Below, one piece after another: positions 61,585 to 64,000 of a DNA stretch of 64,000 nt. A model generated the notes under the pieces. The model was given only the letters and a program-made list of their open reading frames with translations. It did not search any database and was not told the origin of the DNA. The first letter of the stretch is position 1. Each line of letters opens with the position of its first letter. The stretch spans positions 3,841,962-3,905,961 of the forward strand of contig CAVNZM010000007.1 of assembly GCA_963693365.1 (NCBI GenBank), read 5' to 3'. The DNA comes from Amoebidium appalachense (Eukaryota; Protista; Ichthyosporea). A program made the translations under genes and the position numbers.

Positions 61585-62539
61585 GGGGGGGGGCTTAGAA
61601 GACCGACGACAAAAACAACAAACAAAAGGTCCAGATAGTTTACACAATTAGAGAGCCGAAGAAACAAATACATATAGTAAGTTAACATGTTTCCCCTCCC
61701 TTCTTTCCCCCCTCAGTATCTTACGGAAGCATGTGGTATGGCACATATGTGTGTACAGATACACAAGAAACGTTGATACACACACACAACAAAGCCAGCA
61801 AACAACCAATGTACGGGGGGTGAGGTTAAATAAGCAATTTAAAACAAATTAAATGCGCAAAGTGGCACATGCACACGTTGACACATGCACACAATACCGC
61901 ATGCACACAATACCGCATGCACACCGTACAGCATGCACACAGTACTCTACCCACACAGTACCATATGCACACAGTACCCTATGCACACAATGCAACATGC
62001 ACACAGTACCACATGCACACTGTACCACCTGCACACAGTACCCTACGCACACAGTACCACATGCACACAGTACCCTATGCACACAATACCACATGCACAC
62101 AGTACCACATGCACACAGTACCGTATGCACACAGTAACATCACATGCACACGGTACCACATCTACATAATGCCATATGCACCCAGTACCACATGCACACA
62201 GTACCACATCCTCACGCTAACTTGCACATAGTACCACATGCACACAGCACCACCACATCCACTCAGTACCACATCCACTCAGTACCACATGCACACAGTA
62301 CCACACATCCAGACAGTGCCACCACATGCACACAGTACCACATGCACCCAGTACCCACCCTCCTGCACATGGTCACATTGACGTGTGTCAGATGGGGCAT
62401 GCACGCCACCGCATTCTGCAATGTGACGTCACTAATCTGGCTGCAGTGATCCAGCCCCAACCTTCTGAGCTGCGTGAAGTGACCCAATGATTCACTACAG
62501 TGATCCGTAAGGTGCTTGCACCCGGCCACTGAGAGAGAT
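60056..62539 (-). CDS. Cysteine-containing leucine-rich-repeat protein (FBXL/AMN1-type LRRs), 3' exons only. The 5' part is unresolved or lies beyond the window
   Basis: Exons 62539-62359 ([12 protein letters not shown]...[11 protein letters not shown]...VNVTMCRR), 61401-61354 ([16 protein letters not shown]), 60985-60871 ([12 protein letters not shown]...[12 protein letters not shown]) and 60198-60056 ([20 protein letters not shown]...*). Phases are consistent and the LxLxxCxxITD periodicity is clear. Confidence 0.82.
61866..62356. repeat. Degenerate 16-bp minisatellite (ACATGCACACAGTACC)n abutting a splice donor of the LRR gene
   Basis: ~30 degenerate tandem units, read directly. Confidence 0.9.
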
Positions 62540-63639
62540 CTGGGGATATTGTTTTTTCACATCGTTATGTGTCTGGCGAGCATATCATCGTACATAAAGT
62601 CAGACGGGTTGAGAGGAAGAGTTGCAAATAGGGAATGAACAAACAAGAGGTTTTTTCCTTTTTTTCTTTCCCTTTTTTTTCTTTTTTTTTTTTTCCTTTC
62701 TTTTTTTTTTTTTTTTTGGAGAGGGAGGGGGGGGGGGGGGGGGGGGGGAGGGAGGGGGAGGCTGGTGGTTGTGTGTGCATGGGTGTGAGCTACGTTGCAC
62801 GTAATATGTTTATGTGGGCTGTCAGGTGGGTGGAAATGGGGGGCCTATGACGGTGTAATTTGCGATGTGTCTGTGTTTGTGAGAGAGGAGGGGGGGGGGA
62901 GGGGAAGGGAGGCAATCAACCATATTGCTTTCCCGAAATATCTACACTGGTTGGGTGTGCAACTATTATCTGACCCAGAGAGAGGGAAGGAGGGGAGAGA
63001 GGGAGGGAGGGGAGGGGGCGGGGGGAGGGGGGAGGGGGGAGGGGGGGATAGATAATGAGCCCCTCAAGCATGTGCATATGCCTATATGTGGGCATCCAAA
63101 CAATACAAGAACATGTTGGATTCTAAGGAGCAAAAACAACAAAATCGGTGATTCACTTACAACCACCTCAAACAGCAACAAAATAAACAAATTAACGCAA
63201 CCCCCCCCCCCCCCCCCTCCCCCCACGCTCCCCTTCCCCCCTCCCCGACCAGAGTCTCAGTTGCACATCACACAAGAATTGCTGCTCACCCTCACAAAAA
63301 CAAAAAGACCCCCCCCCCCCCCCCCCCCCCCCTCCCTCTCGGCCACCGGAAACCCGCCACACCCCCACAAAGCCCTCCATGTTTGCCCTCTGGCCAACCA
63401 AAACCATAAAAGGAAATTAATACAACGAAGTACAAACACATAAAAAGTAAAACCATCATCTCCATGCCCCCTCCCCCCCCCCCCCCCCCCCCTTCCTCCC
63501 CCCCCACACCCACCCACCCACCCAACACACAACAACAACACCGATTGATCCACCATCCACACAAAACAGACAACAAAAGAATGCTCCCCCCTCCCCTCCC
63601 CCCTTTCCCCCCCTCCATCCCCTCTCTCCCCCCCCCCCC

Positions 63640-63672
<33 letters not shown>

Positions 63673-63674
63673 AC

Positions 63675-63705
<31 letters not shown>

Positions 63706-63889
63706 AAAAAAAAAAAAAGGAAAGAAAGAAGAAAGAAAAGAAAAAGGAAAAGAAAGAGAAAGAAAAAGAGAAAGGAAAAAAGTCAGGCACCAAACTCTCA
63801 CCAACCTAGCCTCCGTCTACAGCACCAATGCGAACAAAAATAGAACGCGCGCAAACACACATAAACAGACACACCATGGAAACGCACAT

Positions 63890-63992
<103 letters not shown>

Positions 63993-64000
63993 CCACACAC

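Noticed and set aside
61849-62449. His/Cys-rich repeat proteins
   Set aside because: Translations of the 16-bp intronic minisatellite.

Overview
Eukaryotic genomic DNA, rich in spliceosomal introns that are packed with poly(C)/poly(G) tracts and (CA)n, (GT)n and (GA)n microsatellites. Almost all ORFs in the supplied track are artefacts of these repeats. Manual splicing gives five genes. (1) ARP1/centractin, minus strand, 12 exons, with one GC-AG intron. (2) A divergently transcribed CaMK-family kinase with a CaM-binding helix, a visinin/CCaMK-like EF-hand domain and a C-terminal PH domain. One 2.9-kb intron of this gene holds a tRNA-Lys(CTT) gene, two TA-flanked MITEs and other repeats. (3) A ROCK of about 34 exons. 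(4) A DYRK1 whose C-terminal tail appears to continue across two +1 frame changes. (5) The 3' part of an FBXL-type LRR gene on the minus strand. Two related dispersed intronic repeat families recur throughout, and every intronic copy is in sense with its host gene. They show stem covariation, hammerhead-like motifs and poly(C) ends. ROCK, DYRK1 and this intron style suggest a holozoan, possibly unicellular (inference only). All exon coordinates were derived by eye and may be off by a few nt.
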